Assembly (NCBI GenBank): GCA_964513155.1
Contig: CAZEMA010000003.1
Span: 1 to 62,681 of the forward strand
Source of the DNA: an uncultured Anaerolineaceae bacterium
GTDB lineage: Bacteria > Chloroflexota > Anaerolineae > Anaerolineales > E44-bin32
Direction of reading: 5' to 3'
Length of the DNA stretch: 62,681 nucleotides
Part shown: piece by piece, positions 30,223 through 38,155 of the stretch
Position numbering within the stretch: the stretch's first letter is position 1
Layout: each line of letters starts with the position of its first letter
Notes under the pieces: generated by a model
The model's database searches: none
What the model saw: the letters and a program-made list of their open reading frames with translations, nothing else
What the model was told of the DNA's origin: nothing
Program-made: the position numbers and the translations under genes

Positions 30223-31333
30223 CTACGCGGTGGGGGCCGATCGGGTCTGAGGACCGATCGTCGACCGAAGGTAGGCTTCGATGAAGGCGTCGAGGTCGCC
30301 GTCCAGGACCGCGCCGGTGTTCGCCGTTTCCTGGTCCGTGCGATGGTCTTTGACCATCTGATAGGGATGGAGGACGTACGAGCGGATCTGGCTTCCCCAT
30401 TCGGCCTTGACGTGCTCTCCCTTGATCTGGGCCATCTCCTCTTCCTGCTGCTGCCGGCGGAGGTCAAGCAGGCGCGCCCGCAGGACCCTGAGGGCGTTCT
30501 CCTTGTTTTGCGTCTGGGACCGTTCGTTCTGGCAGGTGACGACGATGCCGGTCGGGAGGTGGGTAATTCGAATGGCGGTCTCGTTCTTCTGTACGTTCTG
30601 GCCGCCGGCGCCTGCCGAGCGGAAGGTGTCAATCCGCAGATCGGACGGGTTGATCACCAGGTCGTCATCCCGCTGCACCTGTGGATAGGCCTCGATCAGG
30701 GCGAACGAGGTGTGCCGCCGATGGGCCGAATCGAACGGGGAGAGGCGCACCAGCCGGTGGACCCCTTTCTCAGCCTTCAGGTAGCCGTAGGCGAATTCGC
30801 CATTGATGGCGATGGTTGCGCTCTTGATGCCAGCTTCCTCGCCTCCGGTCTGGTCGAGAATCTCGGTCTTGTAGTCACGCTTCTCTGCCCAGCGCAAGTA
30901 CATGCGCTGCAGCATCGCGGCCCAGTCCTGCGAATCTGTCCCTCCTGCGCCGGCATGGATGGCGAGGATCGCGTCATCGCGGTCGTAGGGACCCGAGAGC
31001 AGCGCCGCCACTTCTCGTTGGCCGATTTCGGCCTTGATGGCATGCCATTCCTGCTCGATCTCCGGAGTCAACGACTCGTCCTCGAGGACGGCCAGCTCGA
31101 GAGCGTCCGCGGCTCGCTGTCGGAGGGCGCGCCAGCCCTGAACCTCCTCGCGCAGGCGGGCCATTTGACGCATCGTCTCCTGGGCTTGTTCGGGGTCGTT
31201 CCAGAGCGTGGCGTCCTCGGACAAACGCTCCAGCTCGGCCAGCTTGGCTTCGCGGGCGGGGAAGTCAAAGACGCACCAGGAGGTCTTCGATCCGAGAGCG
31301 AGCGTCTTCTAATCCGCTGATGAGGTCTTCCAT
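30223..31333 (-). CDS. prfB: Peptide chain release factor 2, two frames joined by a programmed +1 frameshift
   Basis: Frame 0 is ATG 31333 ... CGT CTT TGA (MEDLISGLEDARSRIEDLLVRL*). Skipping T 31267 continues DFPAREAKLAELERLSEDATLWNDP... through the SPF and GGQ motifs to the stop at 30223. Confidence 0.9.
31264..31270 (-). promoter_or_regulatory. Programmed +1 ribosomal frameshift site CUU UGA C of prfB
   Basis: The canonical RF2 autoregulatory heptanucleotide, read directly on the minus strand. Confidence 0.85.
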
Positions 31334-31411
31334 ATCTCACCTATCCAGTCCCAGGCCGAGTCCTAATGTGGAACCCGGAGCGGAACCCGTCTTCAATTCG
31401 GTTGAGCGGCC

Positions 31412-32323
31412 TCAGGCCGCCTCTTGCGCCAGCAACCCGTCGACATAGGCTTGCCGGTCGAAGGGCTGAAGGTCGTCCAGACCCTCTCCCAAGCCAACAT
31501 AGCGGATGGGGAGGCCGAGGTCCGACTGGATGGCCAACCCCACGCCGCCGCGCGCGGAGCCATCCAACTTCGCCAGGACGACCCCTGTCACACCGACTGC
31601 CTCGGTGAAGGCACGCGCCTGAGAGAGACCGTTCTGTCCGGTCGTCGCATCCATGACCAGGAGGACCTGGTGGGGCGCGCCGGGGATCAGCTTCCTGCAA
31701 ACCCGGCAGACCTTCTGCAGCTCCTCCATCAAGTTGTGATGCGTGTGCATCCGCCCCGAGGTGTCGACGATCAGTACGTCGATCTTGCGGGACAGGGCTG
31801 CCTGAATGGCATCGTAGACCACGGCTCCGGGATCCCCGCCGGGTTGGCCCGAGATCACGTCGACGCCTAGGCGTTGCCCCCAAACCTCCAACTGCTCGCC
31901 TGCCGCGGCGCGGTAGGTGTCCGCCGCAACCAGCAGGATCGAGTGCCCTTCTCGCTGCCACAAACGTGCCAGCCGCGCAGCCGCGGTTGTCTTTCCGGAG
32001 CCGTTCACGCCCACGAGGACAACCACCATTGGCCGGTCTTCCTGCTCCGGCAGGCTCGGTTCCCCCAGCCGGCCGAGCAACTCTTGGCGAAGCCACTGGC
32101 GCACGTCCGGGCCGGTCCTGAGGCCGTCCGTTGACGAGGCGCGCCGTGCTCGATCGAGGAGGTCCTGCGTAGTAGCCGGACCAAGATCGGCCGCCAGCAG
32201 GGCCTCCTCCAACTGGTCCCAGTAGCCGGGGGCAAGCTGAGACGCGCCCAGCAACCGTTCCAGGCGCCCCAATGTTGCTTGGCGCGTGCGCGCCAGCGCC
32301 TCCCGCCAGCCTCGCGTGTCCAC
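31412..32323 (-). CDS. ftsY: Signal recognition particle receptor FtsY (short form)
   Basis: GVNGSGKTT, DTSGR and LAKLDGSARGG motifs. Start is set at GTG 32323 (VDTRGWREAL...) because a TGGTATAAT box ends 6 nt upstream, so the mRNA looks leaderless. An in-frame ATG at 32404 is the alternative. Confidence 0.85.
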   Translation of the reverse strand: MDTRGWREALARTRQATLGRLERLLGASQLAPGYWDQLEEALLAADLGPATTQDLLDRARRASSTDGLRTGPDVRQWLRQELLGRLGEPSLPEQEDRPMVVVLVGVNGSGKTTAAARLARLWQREGHSILLVAADTYRAAAGEQLEVWGQRLGVDVISGQPGGDPGAVVYDAIQAALSRKIDVLIVDTSGRMHTHHNLMEELQKVCRVCRKLIPGAPHQVLLVMDATTGQNGLSQARAFTEAVGVTGVVLAKLDGSARGGVGLAIQSDLGLPIRYVGLGEGLDDLQPFDRQAYVDGLLAQEAA

Positions 32324-32329
32324 GGGCGG

Positions 32330-32338
32330 ATTATACCA
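32330..32338 (-). promoter_or_regulatory. Extended -10 TGGTATAAT (minus strand) for ftsY
   Basis: The predicted +1 coincides with GTG 32323. Confidence 0.45.
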
Positions 32339-32436
32339 TCCGGGCCCGGCGAGCCTGGCTGCGGATGGCACGAGGCGGGTGCGCGCCGATACGCCGTATC
32401 TCATCCGCGGTTCAACCTCAGACGGACTCGCCTGGT

Positions 32437-32952
32437 CTACAGCATGGCGGAGAGGGCAGACAACCGCTCGGTGGACTCCGGGTCGCTGATGAGCGGGGTG
32501 CAGGCGTCGAGAGAGCGAGCCCCTTGGATGAGGCCGAAGGCGAAAGCCATGCAGGTCGCCTCGCCGCACTGCCGGCAGTTCGTGCGCGGGAGCAGCTCCC
32601 AAAGGTCGAGGGGCCGGGGGGCCCGGAGGCCGGCGGTCGCGGGAACGAGCTCCAGCCGGTGCTCCCAAGTGGCGTTGATCGCTTCCGTCAACGCCTCCAG
32701 CAGGCGCAAGCCCTCCTCGACATCGGCCACTTGGGTGATGCTCACCCGCGTGGGCTCGAGGGCGATCAGCCCTGGGCGCCTCCGGATCGTCAGGGCGCCG
32801 GTCGCCGGGTTGAAGGCGATCACGTTGGGGAGAGTCGCCAGGTAGGGCAGGACGTCAGCAAGCGAGGATGAGGGACGACCGACGACAATGATCTTGCCAG
32901 GCTCAGCCAGACAGGGGAGCGTCTTGTTAAGGGCAATGCTGTCAAGGAACAT
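32437..32952 (-). CDS. Protein with a C-terminal RnfB/CFeSP-type Fe-S cluster domain (PF04060-like)
   Basis: C-terminal LPRTNCRQCGEATCMAFAFGLIQG....C matches the LP.TNC..CG..tC.afA pattern. The N-terminal domain is unknown. Confidence 0.6.
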   Translation of the reverse strand: MFLDSIALNKTLPCLAEPGKIIVVGRPSSSLADVLPYLATLPNVIAFNPATGALTIRRRPGLIALEPTRVSITQVADVEEGLRLLEALTEAINATWEHRLELVPATAGLRAPRPLDLWELLPRTNCRQCGEATCMAFAFGLIQGARSLDACTPLISDPESTERLSALSAML

Positions 32953-33078
32953 CCGCTCGCTTCCAGCCTGCCTGGCAGGAGCGCGGCGTTGCCAGGGGCT
33001 CTCTACTTTCGGAAGAGGTCATCGCGCACTTGTTGGATGCCCGCCCCGGGCACCTTGAGCATCACCTTTCAACCTCCC

Positions 33079-33225
33079 TCCAGCAAGTCTCTTGCCTTGC
33101 CCTTGAAATGCTTCTTGAGGAACTCGAGGGCCCCTTGCGCATCCTCGTCCAGGAGGATCCGGATCAGCTCAATGGCGTCGCTCTCTTCCAGCACAAGGCT
33201 TGTGGCCTTCTTCATCTTGCATCTC
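33079..33225 (-). CDS. 48-aa hypothetical protein (not in the ORF track)
   Basis: My own translation is MKKATSLVLEESDAIELIRILLDEDAQGALEFLKKHFKGKARDLLEGG*. A GGGAG RBS lies 7 nt upstream of ATG 33225. Confidence 0.4.
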
Positions 33226-33315
33226 CCTCGCCAAAGAGGAGGCTGATGTGATGGCCGGGGTTGTCAGTGGGTGACACCCAGGGGCAGCAGCTCGCCGGGC
33301 TTTCCCCGGATGTGC

Positions 33316-33387
33316 CTAGCAGGGTGATGAAGAAACGCGTTGCCCGAAGTCTCTCCGGGAAGCAGCGCTTCTTCGTCACCCTCCTAG
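33316..33387. mobile_element. MITE-like element, copy C (72-bp internally deleted variant)
   Basis: CTAGCAGGGTGATGAAGAAACGC...GCGCTTCTTCGTCACCCTCCTAG. Both arms match copies A and B, and the central hairpin is missing. Confidence 0.6.
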
Positions 33388-33623
33388 GGGGCCTTCTTCG
33401 CTTCCGTCTTCTCGCAATCCAGACAGACGTCGGTAGCGCGGTTGGTCCAGTACTCGAGACCGCACGCAGGGCACGTGACCTGGCGCAAGTCCGACTTCCT
33501 AACCTCCGCCTTCGGCCTCACCTCGGGGGGCAAGCCGGCAAAGGGATCAGGGTTGCATGAACAAGGGCCGAGTGGTCCCTGCGCCGGAGGCACCGAGCTG
33601 GGATCCTCTTCGGCTTTCTCCAT
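33384..33623 (-). CDS. Small zinc-ribbon protein, unknown function
   Basis: ATG 33623 (MEKAEE) follows a GGAGGAGG RBS. C-terminal CPACG-x14-CLDC is a four-Cys ribbon, and there is an extra CSC. The stop TAG lies inside the CTAG end of MITE copy C. Confidence 0.5.
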   Translation of the reverse strand: MEKAEEDPSSVPPAQGPLGPCSCNPDPFAGLPPEVRPKAEVRKSDLRQVTCPACGLEYWTNRATDVCLDCEKTEAKKAP

Positions 33624-33734
33624 CTGCTGCCTCCTCCTCGGAGACCGCCAGCGGGAGCGTCCTTGGGGGCGCTTCCGGGGTGGCACGAGGCATGATGCCG
33701 CTTGGCCCCCCAGAGCGTGCCTGGCCGCCTACGG

Positions 33735-33950
33735 CTACTTTCGCAGGTCGGCCAGGCGTTCTTCGACGGCCTGGACCTCGGTCTTCAGCTCGCCGAGGTA
33801 CGTTTCCAGTTCGGCAACTTGCTCGGCCTTGGTCTGGTAGCGCCGCTGGAAACGGTTGTTGCGGCAGCACTCACAATCGCAGGAACAGCCACCGGAATCC
33901 TGCCCGCACGTGCACTCGTTGCCTTCACAACATCCTTTGTCGGAGCACAT
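33735..33950 (-). CDS. Cys-rich (metallothionein-like) N-terminus fused to a DUF5320-like coiled coil
   Basis: ATG 33950 follows a GGAGG RBS. MCSDKGCCEGNECTCGQDSGGCSCDCECC has 10 Cys in 29 aa. It is followed by RRYQTKAEQVAELETYLGELKTEVQAVEERLADLRK. Confidence 0.6.
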   Translation of the reverse strand: MCSDKGCCEGNECTCGQDSGGCSCDCECCRNNRFQRRYQTKAEQVAELETYLGELKTEVQAVEERLADLRK

Positions 33951-34002
33951 TGTCTTGACCTCCAGGTCAATGCACCTACAGAGTCGGATAGCGATGCGGC
34001 CG

Positions 34003-35106
34003 TCATCCCGCGGCCGTTGCGGGGGCACGCCTGTAGAACCGATCTTTGATCCACAGTGCCACGTACACCAGGCCAATCAGCACCGGGACCTCGATCAGAG
34101 GACCGATCACCGTGGCAAGCGCCTCCTGGGAGGCAATGCCGAAAGTCCCAACGGCCACGGCGATGGCCAGCTCGAAGTTGTTACTGGCGGCAGTGAAGGA
34201 CTGGGTGGCTGCCAGCGGATAGGAGAACCTAAAGGCAGCCGAGAGTGCGAAGGAGACCAGGAACATCAGGGCGAAGTAGACAAGCAGCGGGAGAGCGACC
34301 CGCAAGACGTCAAACGGCTGTGCCAGGATCTTGTCTCCCTGCATGGAGAACATGACTACGATCGTGAAGAGAAGGCCGATCAGCGCCGTTGGCCCCAGGC
34401 GCGGGGCGAAGCGGCTATCATACCATTCGGCGCCCTTACGCCGCAGCAAGATGAAGCGGGTGAGGATGCCTGCCGCGAGGGGGATGCCGAGGAAGATCAG
34501 AACGCTCTTGGCGATGTCCCACATCGAGATGTCGACTACGGTTCCCTGGCCACCAAACCAGCCAGGCAGAATCCGCAAGTAGAAGTACGCCAGCGGGCTG
34601 TACATCAGGATCTGGAACACGGAGTTGAGGGCCACCAGCACTGCGCAATACTCACTGTCGCCCCCAGCGAGCATGTTCCAGATCAGGACCATGGCGATAC
34701 ACCGCGCCAGGCCGACGATGATCAGCCCCGTTCGAAAGGCCGGCATGTCGGGGAGGAAGAGCCAGGCGAGTCCGAACATGATCGCCGGCCCTATGATCCA
34801 GTTCAGAACCAGCGAAACGCTGAACTGGCGGACAGCCCCGGCGATCTTCCCAAGCTCCTCATACTTCACCTTCGCCAAGACAGGATACATCATCCACAAC
34901 AGCCCCAGGGCGATCGGGAGAGACACGGTGCCGATGCTCAGGGCGTTGAAGACATCTTTGATGCCGGGAATGAGGTAACCCAGGCCAATGCCCGAGACCA
35001 TTGCCAGGATGATCCACAGCGGCAGGAAGCGATCCAGAAGAGAAAGCCTGCCAACGATGCTCGCGCTCCCCCTTGGGTGCGTTGGAGCGGACTTGGCGGT
35101 CTCCAT
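34003..35106 (-). CDS. acr3: Arsenite/antimonite efflux permease, ACR3 family
   Basis: LSLLDRFLPLWIILAM..G.GLGY..P......SIGTVSLPIALGLLWMMYP.LAKVKYEELG is typical of ACR3. About 10 TM helices. Confidence 0.9.
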   Translation of the reverse strand: METAKSAPTHPRGSASIVGRLSLLDRFLPLWIILAMVSGIGLGYLIPGIKDVFNALSIGTVSLPIALGLLWMMYPVLAKVKYEELGKIAGAVRQFSVSLVLNWIIGPAIMFGLAWLFLPDMPAFRTGLIIVGLARCIAMVLIWNMLAGGDSEYCAVLVALNSVFQILMYSPLAYFYLRILPGWFGGQGTVVDISMWDIAKSVLIFLGIPLAAGILTRFILLRRKGAEWYDSRFAPRLGPTALIGLLFTIVVMFSMQGDKILAQPFDVLRVALPLLVYFALMFLVSFALSAAFRFSYPLAATQSFTAASNNFELAIAVAVGTFGIASQEALATVIGPLIEVPVLIGLVYVALWIKDRFYRRAPATAAG

Positions 35107-35107
35107 G

Positions 35108-35359
35108 TCAGGCGGCCTCCAGGGCATCGGCGATCCATGTAATCACCTCGGCTTCGCTCGGGATGCGGCCGGCGCAAACCAGCTTCTCATTGATGACCAG
35201 ACCCGGCGTGGCCAGGATGGGATACTCCAGGATCTTCGCCCGCTCCGTGACCTTGACGATCTGGGCCTGTGCGCCCAGGCTGGCTACGGCAGCGATGGCG
35301 GCTTGCTCGACCCTCTTGCAGTTCTCGCAGCCGGGCCCAAGGACCTTGATGCTCAGCAT
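35108..35359 (-). CDS. Thioredoxin-fold protein, redox-active disulfide protein 2 / MTH895-like
   Basis: 83 aa. KVLGPGCENC has a CxxC motif, and TPGLVINEKLV is present. Confidence 0.8.
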   Translation of the reverse strand: MLSIKVLGPGCENCKRVEQAAIAAVASLGAQAQIVKVTERAKILEYPILATPGLVINEKLVCAGRIPSEAEVITWIADALEAA

Positions 35360-35820
35360 GGGGCAGTCTCCTTCTCAATCGTGATCGTGGGTTCGATCAA
35401 GACTTCAGACTTGACCGAGTTGGCGACCAGGCTGTACTTCTGGGCGGCCTGCAACGCCCGCCGGGCTCGGGCTTCGACCTCGGCGGGGGCTTCCTCTCCA
35501 GCCGCGAGGCGGATGACCGGCCACAGCCGGAGGTGGGTGAAGGTCTCCGTACGATCCAGCTCAATACGCTTTGTCCCTTCCGCTCGGCATTCGTAGGCGA
35601 GCAGCTTCAAGCGGAAGCGCTCGGCCGCCCACAGGAACATCATCATGATGCAGGTGTTGGCGGCCGCCACGAAGGCGTCCTCCGGCGTCAGCACGCCGGA
35701 ATGTCCCTGGGCGTCAGGCGGCGCGGAGAAGTCCATCTCTGGTCCGTTGCCCATGTCGATCCGGCCCCAGTGTTCCCCCTTCCAGGTGACGGTCGTGTGA
35801 TACGTCGCCGTCCGGCTCAC
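35353..35820 (-). CDS. OsmC/Ohr-family protein
   Basis: Size and the pattern ...PEDAFVAAANTCIMM...LLAYEC.AEG... fit OsmC. The GTG start overlaps the upstream stop (GTGA 35817-35820). Confidence 0.75.
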   Translation of the reverse strand: MSRTATYHTTVTWKGEHWGRIDMGNGPEMDFSAPPDAQGHSGVLTPEDAFVAAANTCIMMMFLWAAERFRLKLLAYECRAEGTKRIELDRTETFTHLRLWPVIRLAAGEEAPAEVEARARRALQAAQKYSLVANSVKSEVLIEPTITIEKETAPC

Positions 35821-36551
35821 AGGCCCGTCCCCTCAGCCTTGCAGAAGGCTGCGTACTCGCGAAGCAGAGCCGAGGCGTAAGCTTCCTCGGCATCCGCCGG
35901 AATCGGGTTGTAGATACGGACGGTCTCCAGCAGCTGCGTTGTCGAGACCTCATCCGGTCCCTTGCCGCCCTCCTTGAGCTGTTGGAAGACGAGCGGGAGA
36001 GCGATCAGCGTGACCGGCTGTCCATCGATCATCACTTGCTGAACCGGAATCCCCGAGCCGCACGAGCAGGTGGCCTGAGCTTCTACCGAGGGGGTGGCTG
36101 CGAGGGGTGCGGATGGCACAGCCTCGTCGAGGTCATCGCCCGGGCGGCCGAGCAGCTCGTCAACCCAGGTTGCCACCTGGTCGGCGGTGAGATCCACGGC
36201 CGACATGCCCGCGGCGTTCAGGCGGCGGAGTCCTTGGGGTTGAGGCAGGCCATTCTCGGCGACGACCCGGCTGACCACCAGGTTGGCTGAGAGTTTGCCG
36301 GAGTACATCTCGGTCGCACGGGCGGCGCAGCGCACTTCGCAGCCATCGACGGCGATGGTCGGGTAGAAGCGGGCAAAGGCCCGATCCCCCTGGCCGCCGG
36401 CCAGGAACAGGGGAAGGCAGATGGTGACGGTCTCCCCGGGGCGGAGCTGCTCGAGGACCTTCAGCGCCGCCAGTCGGGTCACAGTGCCTTCCGGCAACTC
36501 CTCGCCCGAGCAAGCCACGATGCCGACCTTCTTCTTCGGCAGATTAGGCAT
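35817..36551 (-). CDS. DGC-domain (putative zinc-binding) protein with an extra C-terminal domain of unknown function
   Basis: VGIVACSGEE...ICLPLFLAGG...TIAVDGCEVRCA has the DGC motif. The C-terminal ~90 aa begin with CSCGSG. ATG 36551 follows a GGAGGGAG RBS. Confidence 0.6.
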   Translation of the reverse strand: MPNLPKKKVGIVACSGEELPEGTVTRLAALKVLEQLRPGETVTICLPLFLAGGQGDRAFARFYPTIAVDGCEVRCAARATEMYSGKLSANLVVSRVVAENGLPQPQGLRRLNAAGMSAVDLTADQVATWVDELLGRPGDDLDEAVPSAPLAATPSVEAQATCSCGSGIPVQQVMIDGQPVTLIALPLVFQQLKEGGKGPDEVSTTQLLETVRIYNPIPADAEEAYASALLREYAAFCKAEGTGL

Positions 36552-36885
36552 GGGGAGCTCCCTCCTCCTTTGCGCCGAGGGCAGCATCCAGTCCCGCGAG
36601 GAATGCCGTGGCCTCAACGAGAATGTCATCGCCCTCTAGGTAACGCGCCAATAGGGAGCGCGCATCCTCCAGCCGCTTGCGGTCGACCTCCCAGGCGGAG
36701 GCATGGTCATCCGTTTGCGCCGCTTTGACCGTCAGCCATTCGTACGCCTTTGTTGAGCGGGGGCTTGGGAATAGGCGCGTGCAGTTGCGAAGATACTGTG
36801 CCAATTCCCTCAGCGTCTCCGGTGTCATACCTATCCCGGTACCCAGTGACGTGCACTGGACGTCGTCCTTCGGGATCTCGCTCAT
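36544..36885 (-). CDS. Hypothetical protein, 113 aa
   Basis: ATG 36885 follows a GGAAGGAG RBS and overlaps the upstream stop (ATGA). I recognise no domain. Confidence 0.5.
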   Translation of the reverse strand: MSEIPKDDVQCTSLGTGIGMTPETLRELAQYLRNCTRLFPSPRSTKAYEWLTVKAAQTDDHASAWEVDRKRLEDARSLLARYLEGDDILVEATAFLAGLDAALGAKEEGAPHA

Positions 36886-37319
36886 GGCTTCTCCTTCCCG
36901 ACAGGACATCGGGACGATGTTGCAGCGAGGGTGTCCACGGTTGCGCCGATCTCCTGGGCCAAAGCCCAAGAGAGCTTCTTCCCCCCCTCGTTTAGTTCGG
37001 CGATGCCCTGCGGCTTGAACTGACGATACCGCCGGAAGACGTCGAGCACGGCGTAGGCCTGCGCGACCTGGGCTCCGCTTTCCTGGACCATCTTCGTGGC
37101 GCAGGCCAGCTGGCAGCCGTCGATCGTGATCACTGGGTGGGAGGCTACCGTCTCGCAAGCCTCGGGGTCGCCCAGGACGAGGCGCGAGAGGGCGACGAGT
37201 TGCGTTTGCTCGGGCCGCACCAACTCGGTCACGTCGTAGGCCGCTTCGCGACTGACACTGCCGTAGCTCTTGCCAATCCCGCTGCAGGGGACGATGACCA
37301 CCTTCCTCTCCGTGGTCAT
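36882..37319 (-). CDS. DGC-domain (putative zinc-binding) protein
   Basis: VVIVPCSGIGK...ITIDGCQLACA. The ATG overlaps the gcvH-like stop (ATGA 37316-37319). Confidence 0.6.
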   Translation of the reverse strand: MTTERKVVIVPCSGIGKSYGSVSREAAYDVTELVRPEQTQLVALSRLVLGDPEACETVASHPVITIDGCQLACATKMVQESGAQVAQAYAVLDVFRRYRQFKPQGIAELNEGGKKLSWALAQEIGATVDTLAATSSRCPVGKEKP

Positions 37320-37765
37320 TCTCTTCTTGCCTCCTCCTCGGCGTCGTGTCTCATCTGGACGAAGTAGGTGTCGGGGTCCTGCAGAGCGCTCCGATCCGAC
37401 GGCCAATCGTCGGCGATCAGCACCGCCAGCCAGCCCTGCCCATAGGGATCCTGGTTGATCGCCTCGGGCGCGCTGGAGAGCGCCGGGTTGATCTCGGCCA
37501 CAACGCCGGAGACAGGCGAGGCCAAGCTGACATTGACCTTGATGGTCTCAATCGTTGCCAGGTCATCTCCTCTGGCTACGTGGGTGCCCATGAGTTTGAC
37601 CTCGGCGAAGGCGACGTCCCCACTGCGTTGCTGCAGGAAGTCGGAGAGGCCGATTCGCACGCGGTTCCCCTCGGCCAAAGCCCAGACCCCCTCCCGGCTG
37701 TATACGCGATCGGTGGCCACTCTGAACGTGAACTTGTCAACGGTTGTCTCGAGATACTCCACCAT
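37316..37765 (-). CDS. Glycine-cleavage H-protein-like (lipoyl/biotinyl-carrier fold) protein
   Basis: REGVWA..EGN.VRIGLSDFLQQ..GDVAFAEV...G..V..GD.LATIETIKVNVSLASPVSGVV.EINPAL...PEAINQDPYGQGWL. The Lys at the lipoylation position is retained. Confidence 0.75.
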   Translation of the reverse strand: MVEYLETTVDKFTFRVATDRVYSREGVWALAEGNRVRIGLSDFLQQRSGDVAFAEVKLMGTHVARGDDLATIETIKVNVSLASPVSGVVAEINPALSSAPEAINQDPYGQGWLAVLIADDWPSDRSALQDPDTYFVQMRHDAEEEARRE

Positions 37766-37774
37766 CGCGGGCTC

Positions 37775-38146
37775 CTATCGTCGGGTTGGCTGAGGCTCAA
37801 CCCGCTCCTCGGACAACTCACATCGCGGGCACCCGCAGCCGTCGCGCCCGGGCCCCGGGAGCGGCCGCGAGGGTATCCCTGTGATCCCGCGCAGCGCCTC
37901 CAGGACGGCCAGCACCTCTCGGCTGACCAGCCGGTGGTAGATGAAGGTGCCCACCCGCCGTTCGCTCACAAGGCCGGCAGCTTTGAGCACAGCCAGCTGC
38001 TGCGAGACGTAGGCCTGACGAAGGCCGAGCCTCGCCTCCAGGTGGCAGACACAAGACTCCTCCTGGCCCAACGCCTCGGCGATCATCAACCGAACGGGGT
38101 GCGCCAATGCCCGCAGGATGCGGGCTTCATCCTTGTAAGCATCCAT
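37775..38146 (-). CDS. arsR: ArsR/SmtB-family metalloregulator
   Basis: ILRALAHPVRL.I...L...ESCVCHL (compare the classical ELCVCDL As(III) site), wHTH, plus a C-terminal GCGCPRC. Start at MDAYK (38146). The ORF-track extension runs into the tRNA. Confidence 0.8.
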   Translation of the reverse strand: MDAYKDEARILRALAHPVRLMIAEALGQEESCVCHLEARLGLRQAYVSQQLAVLKAAGLVSERRVGTFIYHRLVSREVLAVLEALRGITGIPSRPLPGPGRDGCGCPRCELSEERVEPQPTRR

Positions 38147-38155
38147 CGTCCACCT

